A stretch of DNA of 64,000 bases from an uncultured virus (IMG/VR IMGVR_UViG_3300030117_006168). Taxonomy: Duplodnaviria; Heunggongvirae; Uroviricota; Caudoviricetes. This document shows positions 16,498-26,291 of the stretch, piece by piece (position 1 is the first letter of the stretch; every line of letters starts with the position of its first letter). The stretch lies in the IMG/VR virus record IMGVR_UViG_3300030117_006168. One strand, given 5' to 3'. Position numbers and translations under genes: made by a program. Below the pieces are notes generated by a model that saw only the letters and a program-made list of their open reading frames with translations, was not told the origin of the DNA and did no database searches.

Positions 16498-17831
16498 GTC
16501 TTACTGTATCAAAGTCAACTGACTATAAAATTAATGAATTAGCCATTGTATCAAAAAATGGTAAAATAGATATATCAAAAATTTTTATAGAGCTGAGTAT
16601 TTTTGATTCAATTTATATGCCTGTTATGAGTGGTAATGTATTGATTAAAGATTCGGTAGGGATGGCCTCTAAATTATTATTTGATGGTTCAGAGGTTATT
16701 TTGATAGACATACAAAAAGATGAAGAAGGTAGAATAGGTAACTTAAAAAAGGCCTTTAGAATTTATAAACAAACAGATAGAAGTGCAGATGGTGAAAGTT
16801 CTGAAACTTATATTTTAAATTTTGTATCACAAGAATTATTATTTTCAGATCAACAAAGAGTCAATCAATCATACAGAAAAACATATACTGAAATGGTTGA
16901 GAGGATTATGTTAGATTATTTGTTAATACCACAAACTAACCTAGGTGGTATTTACGAACCATCATCAGGCATTAGAGATACTATTATACCAAATTTAAGA
17001 CCAATTGAAGCCATAGAATGGGTGATGAGAAAAGCTGTAAATAACGAAAACTCACCAAGTTATGTTTTTTTTCAAAATTTAATTGGTTATAATTTTGCAT
17101 CTTTAAGTGTATTCTTAGAAAAACCTTTTGTTTTAGATGTAAAGTTTGAAACAAAAAATAAAAACGAAGAGGGTGCAGCTTTTGAAGAATTGTCAACGGC
17201 AAGATCATTTGAGGTCATTTCAGAATATGATAATATAGCAAGAACAAGAAAAGGTGTTGATGCAGGTACTTTTATTGGTTTCGATTTAGTCACAAAAAAT
17301 ATATCAAGAAGGCCGTTATCATTTGATGATCATTATGGTAATATGAAACATGGAAATAAAACACCAAATTTTTCAGCAACTAAAAATAAAGATGGTCTTT
17401 TAAATTCAGCCATGTTTGATTCAAGAATAGTTTTAGATACCTTTTCAACACCACGAGCTTTAAGTAATTATGTAAGAGAACATGATCCAGAATCAGTTGT
17501 ATATAATTCAAGAACAGAAGATTATGCTTTTCAAAGAAAAGCTATATTTGAAAATTTAAAAATGAGAAGAATAAAACTTGTAATGCCTGGAAATTTTACT
17601 TTAAGTTCAGGTTTTAACGTAAATGTAAATGCACCTACTTTCGGAGAAAAAGCTAAAGGTGATGAAAATAAAAATCCACTTTTATCAGGTAAATATTTAA
17701 TTACAGCATCAAGACATATTTTAGGTCCTGATAAACACGAAAGTATAATTGAATGTTCATCAACATCATCAGATTTAGATTTCGTACAGCAAGAAACTGA
17801 AGAACAAAGTGAAACATTAAGGGTATATTAA
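16494..17831 (+). CDS. baseplate hub protein (gp27-like)
   Basis: Between gp53 and gp5; IIPNLRPIEAI, YVFFQ, LSGKYLITASRH. Confidence 0.7.
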   Translation: MSLTVSKSTDYKINELAIVSKNGKIDISKIFIELSIFDSIYMPVMSGNVLIKDSVGMASKLLFDGSEVILIDIQKDEEGRIGNLKKAFRIYKQTDRSADGESSETYILNFVSQELLFSDQQRVNQSYRKTYTEMVERIMLDYLLIPQTNLGGIYEPSSGIRDTIIPNLRPIEAIEWVMRKAVNNENSPSYVFFQNLIGYNFASLSVFLEKPFVLDVKFETKNKNEEGAAFEELSTARSFEVISEYDNIARTRKGVDAGTFIGFDLVTKNISRRPLSFDDHYGNMKHGNKTPNFSATKNKDGLLNSAMFDSRIVLDTFSTPRALSNYVREHDPESVVYNSRTEDYAFQRKAIFENLKMRRIKLVMPGNFTLSSGFNVNVNAPTFGEKAKGDENKNPLLSGKYLITASRHILGPDKHESIIECSSTSSDLDFVQQETEEQSETLRVY

Positions 17832-18752
17832 ATGGAATATAATGATACTTTTTTAGGTAAAAACGGTTTTATTTGGTGGGTTGGTATTGTTGAAGATAGA
17901 CAAGACCCACTTAAATTAGGTCGTTGTAGAGTGAGGTGTGTTGGTTGGCACCCTAATGATAAAGTACGAGTGCCAACAAAAAACTTGCCGTGGGCAAAAC
18001 CTATGTTGCCGTTAAATAATCCACACCCATACCCACCAAAAGAAGGTGATATGGTTTTTGGGTTTTTTCTTGATGACACAGGCGGTCAAGATCCAGTTAT
18101 GATGGGAGTTTTTCCAAATATACCTTTAACTGAGCCAAACGCCCAGGAAGCATTTAACGACCCCAGGACGCAAGAAGAGTTAGATGTTGCACCGATTAAA
18201 CCAACTGGCGTGGAATCTGTACCAGTAAATCCAGTTGCAAACAATTACCCTAGAAATTTAGATGAACCAACAACTTCAAGACTTGCAAGAAATGAAACGG
18301 CAAATACAGAATCAGCTGTATCTTTTAAAAATGCTCGTATTACGGCAAATAATACATCATCAGTTGAACCAGTTCCTTCATACAATGCGACATACCCATA
18401 TAATAAGGTATATGAATCTGAATCGGGTCACGTTATGGAGTTTGATGATACAAGAGATAATGAAAGAATTAACTTGTATCACCGTGCAGGTTCTTACATG
18501 GAGTACGGTCCTGATGGTTCCATGGTTGAGAGAGTACAGAAAGACAAGTTCTCCGTAACAGTTGGGGACGAGAGTGTGCTAGTCAAAGGAGACGTATCTG
18601 TTACGATTGAGGGTAGTAAAACAGTTCTCATCAAAGGGGACGCAAATATAACTGTAGAGGGTAATGCAGATACTCTCGTAAAAGGCACATACACATTAGA
18701 ATCGGAGGGTGATATGACACTCAAAGCACCTAGAATAGATTTGAATCCATAA
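17832..18752 (+). CDS. 5: baseplate central spike gp5 (no lysozyme domain)
   Basis: WWVGIVEDRQDPLKLGRCRVRCVGWH OB-fold, YPYNKVYESESGH, V-x-G beta-helix repeats, ends RIDLNP. Confidence 0.93.
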   Translation: MEYNDTFLGKNGFIWWVGIVEDRQDPLKLGRCRVRCVGWHPNDKVRVPTKNLPWAKPMLPLNNPHPYPPKEGDMVFGFFLDDTGGQDPVMMGVFPNIPLTEPNAQEAFNDPRTQEELDVAPIKPTGVESVPVNPVANNYPRNLDEPTTSRLARNETANTESAVSFKNARITANNTSSVEPVPSYNATYPYNKVYESESGHVMEFDDTRDNERINLYHRAGSYMEYGPDGSMVERVQKDKFSVTVGDESVLVKGDVSVTIEGSKTVLIKGDANITVEGNADTLVKGTYTLESEGDMTLKAPRIDLNP

Positions 18753-19039
18753 TGGCTGCGGTACATAGAAACGGAGACTCAAGGTCATGTGGTGCATCTA
18801 CTGTTTCAGGACAAGGTAAGAATGTCTTTGCAAATGGTAAATTAGTTTCAATTAACGGTGACCCAAATAGTCATGGGGCTGGCGCCTTGTCAGCATCAGT
18901 AAATCAGGTATTCATTGGGGGTGCAATGATTGTAGATAACGGTGATTCAGCATCAGCAGATAGTCTGTGCCCATCTGGGCCAGCTCATTGTTCGCCCAAT
19001 GCAACAAGTGGTTCTCCTAATGTTAATGTTGGAAGTTAG
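18752..19039 (+). CDS. 5.4: PAAR-like spike tip protein gp5.4
   Basis: Three GD-x repeats, NVFANG, GSPNVNVG; His/Cys ligands; follows gp5. Confidence 0.88.
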   Translation: MAAVHRNGDSRSCGASTVSGQGKNVFANGKLVSINGDPNSHGAGALSASVNQVFIGGAMIVDNGDSASADSLCPSGPAHCSPNATSGSPNVNVGS

Positions 19040-19040
19040 G

Positions 19041-19048
19041 CATAAATA
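19041..19048 (+). promoter_or_regulatory. late promoter (variant)
   Basis: CATAAATA before gp25. Confidence 0.6.
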
Positions 19049-19052
19049 GAAA

Positions 19053-19457
19053 ATGGCAGAGATAACAATAAAAACAGAGGGATCATTTAATGATTTGGAT
19101 TTGAACTTCAATGTTCACCCAACAACAAAAGATGTCACTCAATTTAAAAATGAAAGATCAATAGTAAACTCTATTAAGAACCTGATCTTAACAAATCATT
19201 ATGAAAGACCTTTTCAACCTGAGCTTGGTTCTAATTTAAGAAGGATGCTTTTTGAACAAGTTGATAATCTTACGGGCGCTCAATTAGAAAGAGAAATAAC
19301 AGAGGTGATAGGTAACTTTGAACCAAGAGCTACCGTAAAAGATGTTACTGCCGTGCCAGCACCTGATGAAAATGGTTATTCTGTTAATTTAGTGTTTTAT
19401 ATGGATAACAATGCAGCTCCAATTTCAATAGATTTCTTTTTAGAGAGAGTAAGATAA
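19053..19457 (+). CDS. 25: baseplate wedge subunit gp25
   Basis: DLDLNF, SIKNLILT, ERPFQPELGS, FEPR. Confidence 0.95.
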   Translation: MAEITIKTEGSFNDLDLNFNVHPTTKDVTQFKNERSIVNSIKNLILTNHYERPFQPELGSNLRRMLFEQVDNLTGAQLEREITEVIGNFEPRATVKDVTAVPAPDENGYSVNLVFYMDNNAAPISIDFFLERVR

Positions 19458-19458
19458 A

Positions 19459-21519
19459 ATGGTTGATAGACTAAGAGTTACCGAACTTGATTTTGATACA
19501 ATCAAGAATAATTTAAAATCTTTTCTAAAACAGCAAAGCACATTTACTGACTACGACTTTGATGGTTCAGGTCTTTCTGTTCTTATAGATTTACTGGCTT
19601 ATAACACACATTATAATGCCTACTATTTAAATATGGTTGCAAATGAATCATTCTTAGATACTGCTTTGCTTCGTGACTCAGCTGTGTCACACGCAAAAAC
19701 TTTAGGTTATACACCACATTCTAGAAAAGCGGCCGTAGCTACAATTACACTTACAGCAAATTCTGCTACAACAAAAGCTGGCACTTTAACATTGGGCGAA
19801 GGATTTTCATTTCTATCTGATCAAATAGATGGTAAATCTTATAATTTTACAGTTTTAGACGATACATCTGTAACAAAATCAAATAACTCACAATACATAT
19901 TTTCTAATCTTTCAATTAGTCAAGGTCAGTTACAATCAACACAATTCACTTATGATGAGAGTTCAAACCCTAAACAAGTATTTGTTTTACCAGACAAAAC
20001 TTTAGATACATCAACAATTAAAGTTGGTGTTCAACCAAATGTTTCAAATACATTCTCAGCAATTCATAGCCAAGCAACAGATATTTTAGATGTTGATGGC
20101 ACATCAGAAGTATTTTTCTTACAAGAGAATAGAGATGGTAATTATGAAATATTTTTTGGTAATGATAGTATTGGTAAAAAATTACAAGATGGTTCAATTA
20201 TAACTGTTACATATTTGGTAACAAATGGTGTTGATGCTAATAAAGCAAATAACTTTGTGGCTAAATCGAGTTTAACAGACACGAATGGTGATTCTACAAC
20301 TCTCACACTCACACCTGTAGACGCTGCAACTGGTGGTTCCGAAAAAGAAACTGTTGATTCTATAAAGTTTTCAGCACCAAATCAATTCACTTCACAAAAT
20401 AGATTAATTACTAAAAAAGATTTTGAAACAACTGTTTTACGAGAAGCACCAAGTATAGAATCTATATCAGTTTGGGGTGGTGAAGATAATGTGCCAGTTG
20501 TTTATGGTAAAGTATTTTTATCTTTAAAAGGCAAAGATAATTTTTTTGTATCTGATGCAGAAAAAGAAAGAATTAAAGATAAAATAATTAAACCAAAAGC
20601 TCTTTTAGGATTAGAGGCTGAATTAGTTGACCCTGATTTTACATTTGTTTCAGTTGATTCAACGATATTATATGATACAAGAAAAACAGCTTTGACTACT
20701 GATGCTTTTAAGTTAGCGATTAAAAATTCAATTATTACATATAAATCACAAAATTTAGATAAGTTTGATAGTACATTTTCTTTATCTAAATTATCAAAGG
20801 CAATTGATGACACAGATCAAAATGCAATTATAGGATCAGAAACTTCTGTAAAATTACAAAAAAGAGTTACACCAATACTTGGCACAACAGCTTACACAAT
20901 TGATTTTGGTGAAAAACTAAAAAGAGGTACAGCAGATGATAAATTAACTACAACTGCTTTTAATGGTTTTGATTCTGGTGGTAATTCTAGATCAGTTCAG
21001 TTTGAGGAAGTGCCACAATCATTTTCAGGTGTTTCAAGAATAGAGGTAAATGATCCTGGTTTCTCATACACGGTGGCGCCAACCGTAACAATCAAAGGTG
21101 ATGGTTCTGGTGCTACTGCTTTTGCAACAATATCGGGTGGTTCAATTGTAGCTATCACTCTTTCAAATAGAGGTATAGATTATACAAATGCTACAGTTGA
21201 AATAACAGGAGGTGATGGTGTAGGCGGCGAGGCCTCTGCTATTGTAGATTCAAGAGTAGGCTCAATTAGATCAATATTTTTTGATAATGATGGTAATAGA
21301 CAGGTTATAAATGCGGCTGCTGGTGAAGTTGATTATGATAGTGGCATCATAACAATTAATGATATTAATATATCTAGTGTGCCAACTTCAGATGGTTTAA
21401 TTAGATTTACAATTGGTTCTGAAAGTGGTGTCGTAGAGTCAGTTAGAAATAATATAGTGACAATTGATCCAGAGGATCCAGATTCAATAACGGTAAATTT
21501 AGAAGTTCTTAATACATAA
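19459..21519 (+). CDS. 6: baseplate wedge subunit gp6
   Basis: LDFDTIK, FTDYDFDGSGL, LAYNTHY, NESFLDTA, QNRLIT, VWGGE. Confidence 0.96.
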   Translation: MVDRLRVTELDFDTIKNNLKSFLKQQSTFTDYDFDGSGLSVLIDLLAYNTHYNAYYLNMVANESFLDTALLRDSAVSHAKTLGYTPHSRKAAVATITLTANSATTKAGTLTLGEGFSFLSDQIDGKSYNFTVLDDTSVTKSNNSQYIFSNLSISQGQLQSTQFTYDESSNPKQVFVLPDKTLDTSTIKVGVQPNVSNTFSAIHSQATDILDVDGTSEVFFLQENRDGNYEIFFGNDSIGKKLQDGSIITVTYLVTNGVDANKANNFVAKSSLTDTNGDSTTLTLTPVDAATGGSEKETVDSIKFSAPNQFTSQNRLITKKDFETTVLREAPSIESISVWGGEDNVPVVYGKVFLSLKGKDNFFVSDAEKERIKDKIIKPKALLGLEAELVDPDFTFVSVDSTILYDTRKTALTTDAFKLAIKNSIITYKSQNLDKFDSTFSLSKLSKAIDDTDQNAIIGSETSVKLQKRVTPILGTTAYTIDFGEKLKRGTADDKLTTTAFNGFDSGGNSRSVQFEEVPQSFSGVSRIEVNDPGFSYTVAPTVTIKGDGSGATAFATISGGSIVAITLSNRGIDYTNATVEITGGDGVGGEASAIVDSRVGSIRSIFFDNDGNRQVINAAAGEVDYDSGIITINDINISSVPTSDGLIRFTIGSESGVVESVRNNIVTIDPEDPDSITVNLEVLNT

Positions 21520-24500
21520 TGTCTAGAGTAAATCCGCAAGATTTAAAAACCTCACTTTTAATCAATCGTCAAGTTCCTGAGTTTATTCGGGAAGACCACC
21601 CTCTTTTTATTAGTTTCTTAGAGGCGTATTATGAATTTTTAGAAACTGAGCAGGGTACACAAAATAATGACTTAACAAAAATATCAAAGGATTTAAGATA
21701 CCTCCCTGATATTGATACATCATTAGATGCCTTTGAGTCCAACTTTTTAAATACTTACGCCAATCTTATACCAAAAGATGTAACAGTTGATAAAGCTTTT
21801 TTAATTAAAAATGTATTACCATTATATCTTGCAAAAGGCAGCCCTAGATCATTTCAATTTTTATTTCGTATGTTTTTTGGGCAAGAAGTCGAATTAAAAT
21901 TTGGAAAAGATCAACTACTTAAAGCTTCAGATAGTGACTATAAATTAGAAAATATTTTAAGTGCAAGAACTGAAATCAGTTCTTTTTACACAGGCGATGG
22001 GAGTAATAATGTTTTTCATTTAGCTCAACCTGTTTCAAGAGATGAAATAGAAGTAAGAGTTAGTGGTGAACTTAAAAGTGCAAATTCTTTAAATGCTGGA
22101 GCTAATAGTGAATTTCTCCATGTCGAAAGAGAAAGACAAAAATTAATCTTTCATACACCGCCAGCTAATGGTGCAGATATTAGAGTTACATATACAAATT
22201 TAGAAGCTGGTGGGTTTGATGAAACACTTTTAAATAATAGAAAAATAATTGGCCAAACATCTAATGCTTCATCAATTGTATCAACTGCAATATCAAGAAT
22301 TATTGACCCTCTCCATAAAATAGAATTATTTTTAGATAGAAAAGATATAACTGGAGATTTTAGTCAGAGTGAAGAGTTAAGAACTGATATTGTAGTAAAT
22401 GGCACTTTAGTAAACATTTCTTTAAATACAGTTTCATCAATTGAATCAATTAAAGTTGATGATGGTGGTACTTCTTATAACGTAGGTGACATTGTACCAA
22501 TTGATGCTGGTGCTTTTCAAACAATTGCAAGGGCTGAAGTTGAAACAATATTTACAGATTTTTTAAGAGATCCTGTAATTTCTGGTAACACGTTATATGA
22601 TACATTTAGTGCTAATGGTGGATCAGGATTTGAACCAGGTAGTTTTTTAACAGGTGGTAATTCAGAAGTTGGTTTTATTTCTTATTCAGTTGTAGATGTT
22701 GATGCAAATGGTATTAATACACCAAATACATTTACAATGATGGGTACAGTAATAGGCGCTAATACCTCTTCAAATTCTTCACAAACATTTGCAGACTTAT
22801 GTATTTCTAATGCAGCTATTGGTGGCACAGGTTTAAACAATACACAAATATCGTTGAGATACAGCCAAGTTTTTGGTAATAGTCAATTGAGTGCTGATGC
22901 AGCTGATAGTGCTGGTATAAATGTAAACACTTCAATTTGTCATGTTGTAAATTCATATACAACTGCATCAAATATTGGCCCAGCAAAAGTTGTTCGTGTG
23001 GTTTCATCTAATACTCAAGTAGCTAACATGAATTTAGACCCGATTGGAGCTCTTACATCTACTTCAACAGAGATGCCTGAAGGTCCTACAAAAATGATAC
23101 CAGCTGACGTAACATCACTAAGAAGTATAGGATCTTTAGAAATAGTAGATGGTGGCACTCTTCATACTATTAGAGATATGGTGGAATTTAGTGATGTTGC
23201 TTTTGGCGCCGGTGCAACTGCTAGGGTTTCTGAAACTGGTTCTGGTGGTTCTGTTACTAATATCAATCTAGAAGATCCATACTATGTAAACGAAGGACCT
23301 GTAAGAACGGGTGGCACCGCTAATGTAGGATTTAATGGTCAATTCGCAATACCAAACTGTTATACTTTTGGTGCAAATACAGCAAATAGTCCAGATGGCC
23401 TTAATGCTATTTACATGACAAGGGGTTCATACTTAAATGGCATGGATTTCATTTCAGCTCCACACCCAGTAAAAGTTGGCGACACAATAACATTTTTAGG
23501 ACATGAAAGACAAGTCGTAGAAGTTAATACAGCTATTGGTTCAGCACAACAAAAAGGGGCAGGATTTTTAAAAGTTAATACACCTTTTCCAGCAGAAATT
23601 GATTTTAGAACAATACAAATTGGTGGTAATAATGCTCAATATGGCGATACTTCAAATACTTTTTTAGCAAATGTAGCAAACACTTTTCATTTAAGAGGCG
23701 CACCACTCAAAATTAATCAGGCTGGGCCAAAAGGTGGAACAGGTTACCGTGCGAGTCATCTACCTACTGTAACTGTTTTTAGATCACTTGCATCTAATGG
23801 CCGTTTTGGTGGAACTGCTGGTAATATTTCATCTTCATTAAGTGCTGTTAATGTTAGAACCGTTGGTATATTAGGTGATGGTGAAAACATAAAAACAAGT
23901 GCTAATACTCAACAAAAAGGTATCATAACATCAATTAAATTAACTGACTTTGGTTCAGGTTATCAAGTGCCACCAAGTGTAGATTTAACAACAACAGGTG
24001 ATGGGAATGCGTTGGCTGTTGCTGAACTTTTACCACCAATTAGAAAACTTGCAGGTAGATTTACTTCATCTAAAGGTTTAATTTCCGCAGATGAAAGAAA
24101 AATACAAGGTGCAAATGTTTTTCAAGCTTTTTCATATATCACAAATATACCATTAGAATTTGAAAAATATAAAACAATAGTAAAAGGTCTTGTACACCCA
24201 GCTGGCTATAAGAATTTTGCTGAGTTTAAGGTTCAACCACTTGTTGAGTCAGATACTTCTATATCAGTTAAAAGTCAATCAAATAGTATTCCAGGTCTTA
24301 TTAATGTTGGTAATCCGTTACATATTAATTCTACCACATTTAATGTATCTACTCAAACAGTTATTACTGTATCAAATACCACACCAAATACAAACCTTGT
24401 GGCTGCTAATGCAGCTGGTATAATTGTAGAGGGTCAATCTAGATTGGGTATTTCAAATGATGATGTAAATGCTGTAGGAACAAATGAAGAGAACTTTAAC

Positions 24501-24620
24501 CCACTTATTATAAAAGTTAATTCAAATAATACAATAGAAGTTAATTCAGCACAAGTTTTCTCAACTTTAGCTAACAATTATGTTCACTTGAACAATCAAC
24601 CTATTATAATTTATACATAA
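21519..24620 (+). CDS. 7: baseplate wedge initiator gp7-like
   Basis: QVPEFIREDHPLFISFLEAYYEFLE, YLAKGS, VHPAG; lies between gp6 and gp8. Confidence 0.85.
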   Translation: MSRVNPQDLKTSLLINRQVPEFIREDHPLFISFLEAYYEFLETEQGTQNNDLTKISKDLRYLPDIDTSLDAFESNFLNTYANLIPKDVTVDKAFLIKNVLPLYLAKGSPRSFQFLFRMFFGQEVELKFGKDQLLKASDSDYKLENILSARTEISSFYTGDGSNNVFHLAQPVSRDEIEVRVSGELKSANSLNAGANSEFLHVERERQKLIFHTPPANGADIRVTYTNLEAGGFDETLLNNRKIIGQTSNASSIVSTAISRIIDPLHKIELFLDRKDITGDFSQSEELRTDIVVNGTLVNISLNTVSSIESIKVDDGGTSYNVGDIVPIDAGAFQTIARAEVETIFTDFLRDPVISGNTLYDTFSANGGSGFEPGSFLTGGNSEVGFISYSVVDVDANGINTPNTFTMMGTVIGANTSSNSSQTFADLCISNAAIGGTGLNNTQISLRYSQVFGNSQLSADAADSAGINVNTSICHVVNSYTTASNIGPAKVVRVVSSNTQVANMNLDPIGALTSTSTEMPEGPTKMIPADVTSLRSIGSLEIVDGGTLHTIRDMVEFSDVAFGAGATARVSETGSGGSVTNINLEDPYYVNEGPVRTGGTANVGFNGQFAIPNCYTFGANTANSPDGLNAIYMTRGSYLNGMDFISAPHPVKVGDTITFLGHERQVVEVNTAIGSAQQKGAGFLKVNTPFPAEIDFRTIQIGGNNAQYGDTSNTFLANVANTFHLRGAPLKINQAGPKGGTGYRASHLPTVTVFRSLASNGRFGGTAGNISSSLSAVNVRTVGILGDGENIKTSANTQQKGIITSIKLTDFGSGYQVPPSVDLTTTGDGNALAVAELLPPIRKLAGRFTSSKGLISADERKIQGANVFQAFSYITNIPLEFEKYKTIVKGLVHPAGYKNFAEFKVQPLVESDTSISVKSQSNSIPGLINVGNPLHINSTTFNVSTQTVITVSNTTPNTNLVAANAAGIIVEGQSRLGISNDDVNAVGTNEENFNPLIIKVNSNNTIEVNSAQVFSTLANNYVHLNNQPIIIYT

Positions 24621-24623
24621 ATA
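24616..24623 (+). promoter_or_regulatory. late promoter (variant)
   Basis: CATAAATA before gp8. Confidence 0.6.
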
Positions 24624-24629
24624 CAATCT

Positions 24630-26282
24630 ATGGCTACAAAATTTTCTACTAGATCACTCTCACTTAAAAATGCTGAAAACTATATTGATAGATTTACAGC
24701 AAATACAAATGATGTTGAAATTCAATATGTTTTTGTTGGTGATGATATTGGTGCAAACGATCAAACTACCACTACTATTACAAACTCTAAATTTGACACA
24801 GATGATACGTTATCGAGAATAATTGGTATGAAAAGAGTAACAGGTGGTGATTTAAGTGTTGTCGTACCTAGAGTTGATTGGGAAACTGATAAAATTTATC
24901 AACAATTTGACCCAACAGTTTTAACAGATACTTTAGTTTCAAATACCTCAGTTAATGATTTAACTAGAAAACCAATGTATGTGATTACGTCAGAAAGAGG
25001 CGTTTATAAATGTTTGTCAAATAATAGTAACGGACTTAGTTCATCAGATACAACATCAACAGTAGAACCATCTGGTGATTTCAATACAAGTAATGGTGTA
25101 ATATCAACTGCTGATGGCTATATTTGGAAATATATGTACACAATTAGAGATAATAATAAATTTATTGACTCTGATTTCATGCCAGTTGCTACAAGAAATA
25201 CCACAGATATGTCAGCTAATACTGTTTATGGTAACTTTAATTTAAACAATATTGGTGTAAGAGAAGGTGAATTAACAACAATTGTTTTAAATGATGGCGG
25301 TACTCTGTATCGTGATCTTACAAATGTACCTTTTGGTGCTTTTGCAAAAGGCGAAACCATGCTCACTTTACAGACTTGGTATCTAACACATACAGGTTTA
25401 GCTGTTGCTTCTAATGTTCTCTCTGCTAATATGTCCATAACTGGAAATGGTATTGCAGCTGATACAATTATTACAGAGGTTCACAATGGTAATAATAATG
25501 TTAGAATAAGTAAAGCCGCTGTAACAAGTAGCCTTGCAGCTAATGTGACTCTTTTTTCACCTAAAACAAGAATTTTCATTGATGGTGATGGCACAGGCGC
25601 TTTAGCTAATGCAACTGTAAATTCAACGGGTATATTAGATAAAATTACAGTAGACACAGTTGGCACAGGATATACTAGAGCAAATGTGAGAGTGTTTGGC
25701 ACAGGTAGTGGTGAAACAACAAGACCAATACTATCTCCATATTTTGGCCACGCATTTAATATAGCCCAAGATTTAGGTGCAAATAGCGTTATGGTTCACA
25801 CAAAAATAGGTCAATTAGATGCAACTGAAGGTAACACAATACCTACAGGAATTACATTTAGACAAACAGGACTTATTAGGAAACCTTATAAATACGGTTC
25901 AAATAATAGAAGTTCATCAGCTAACAATATTTCAGCTAATAGTGCTGTTGCACAAGTTACTAAATTAACAGTTGGCACAGGAACAAGTTATACAGATAAC
26001 GAATTTGTATATCAAGGAACAAGCAATACAATATTTACGGCCTCAGCACAGGTTTTGAGAACCGTAAGTTTAAATACAATAGAATTAACGAAAGTGGTTG
26101 GAGATTTTAAATTGAACGAGGCATTAGTGGGTGATTCGTCAGGTACATCAAGAACAGTAACCTCAACGACAAACCCAGAATATCAACCACAAAGTATGGA
26201 ATTATTATTTGTTGAAAATTCAACACCAACAACAAGAACAGAAAGTCAATCAGAAGATGTTAGACTTGTATTACAATTTTAA
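24630..26282 (+). CDS. 8: baseplate wedge subunit gp8
   Basis: VVPRVDW, VYKCLSN, DGYIWKYMYTI, ends EDVRLVLQF. Confidence 0.93.
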   Translation: MATKFSTRSLSLKNAENYIDRFTANTNDVEIQYVFVGDDIGANDQTTTTITNSKFDTDDTLSRIIGMKRVTGGDLSVVVPRVDWETDKIYQQFDPTVLTDTLVSNTSVNDLTRKPMYVITSERGVYKCLSNNSNGLSSSDTTSTVEPSGDFNTSNGVISTADGYIWKYMYTIRDNNKFIDSDFMPVATRNTTDMSANTVYGNFNLNNIGVREGELTTIVLNDGGTLYRDLTNVPFGAFAKGETMLTLQTWYLTHTGLAVASNVLSANMSITGNGIAADTIITEVHNGNNNVRISKAAVTSSLAANVTLFSPKTRIFIDGDGTGALANATVNSTGILDKITVDTVGTGYTRANVRVFGTGSGETTRPILSPYFGHAFNIAQDLGANSVMVHTKIGQLDATEGNTIPTGITFRQTGLIRKPYKYGSNNRSSSANNISANSAVAQVTKLTVGTGTSYTDNEFVYQGTSNTIFTASAQVLRTVSLNTIELTKVVGDFKLNEALVGDSSGTSRTVTSTTNPEYQPQSMELLFVENSTPTTRTESQSEDVRLVLQF

Positions 26283-26291
26283 AGGTAGATA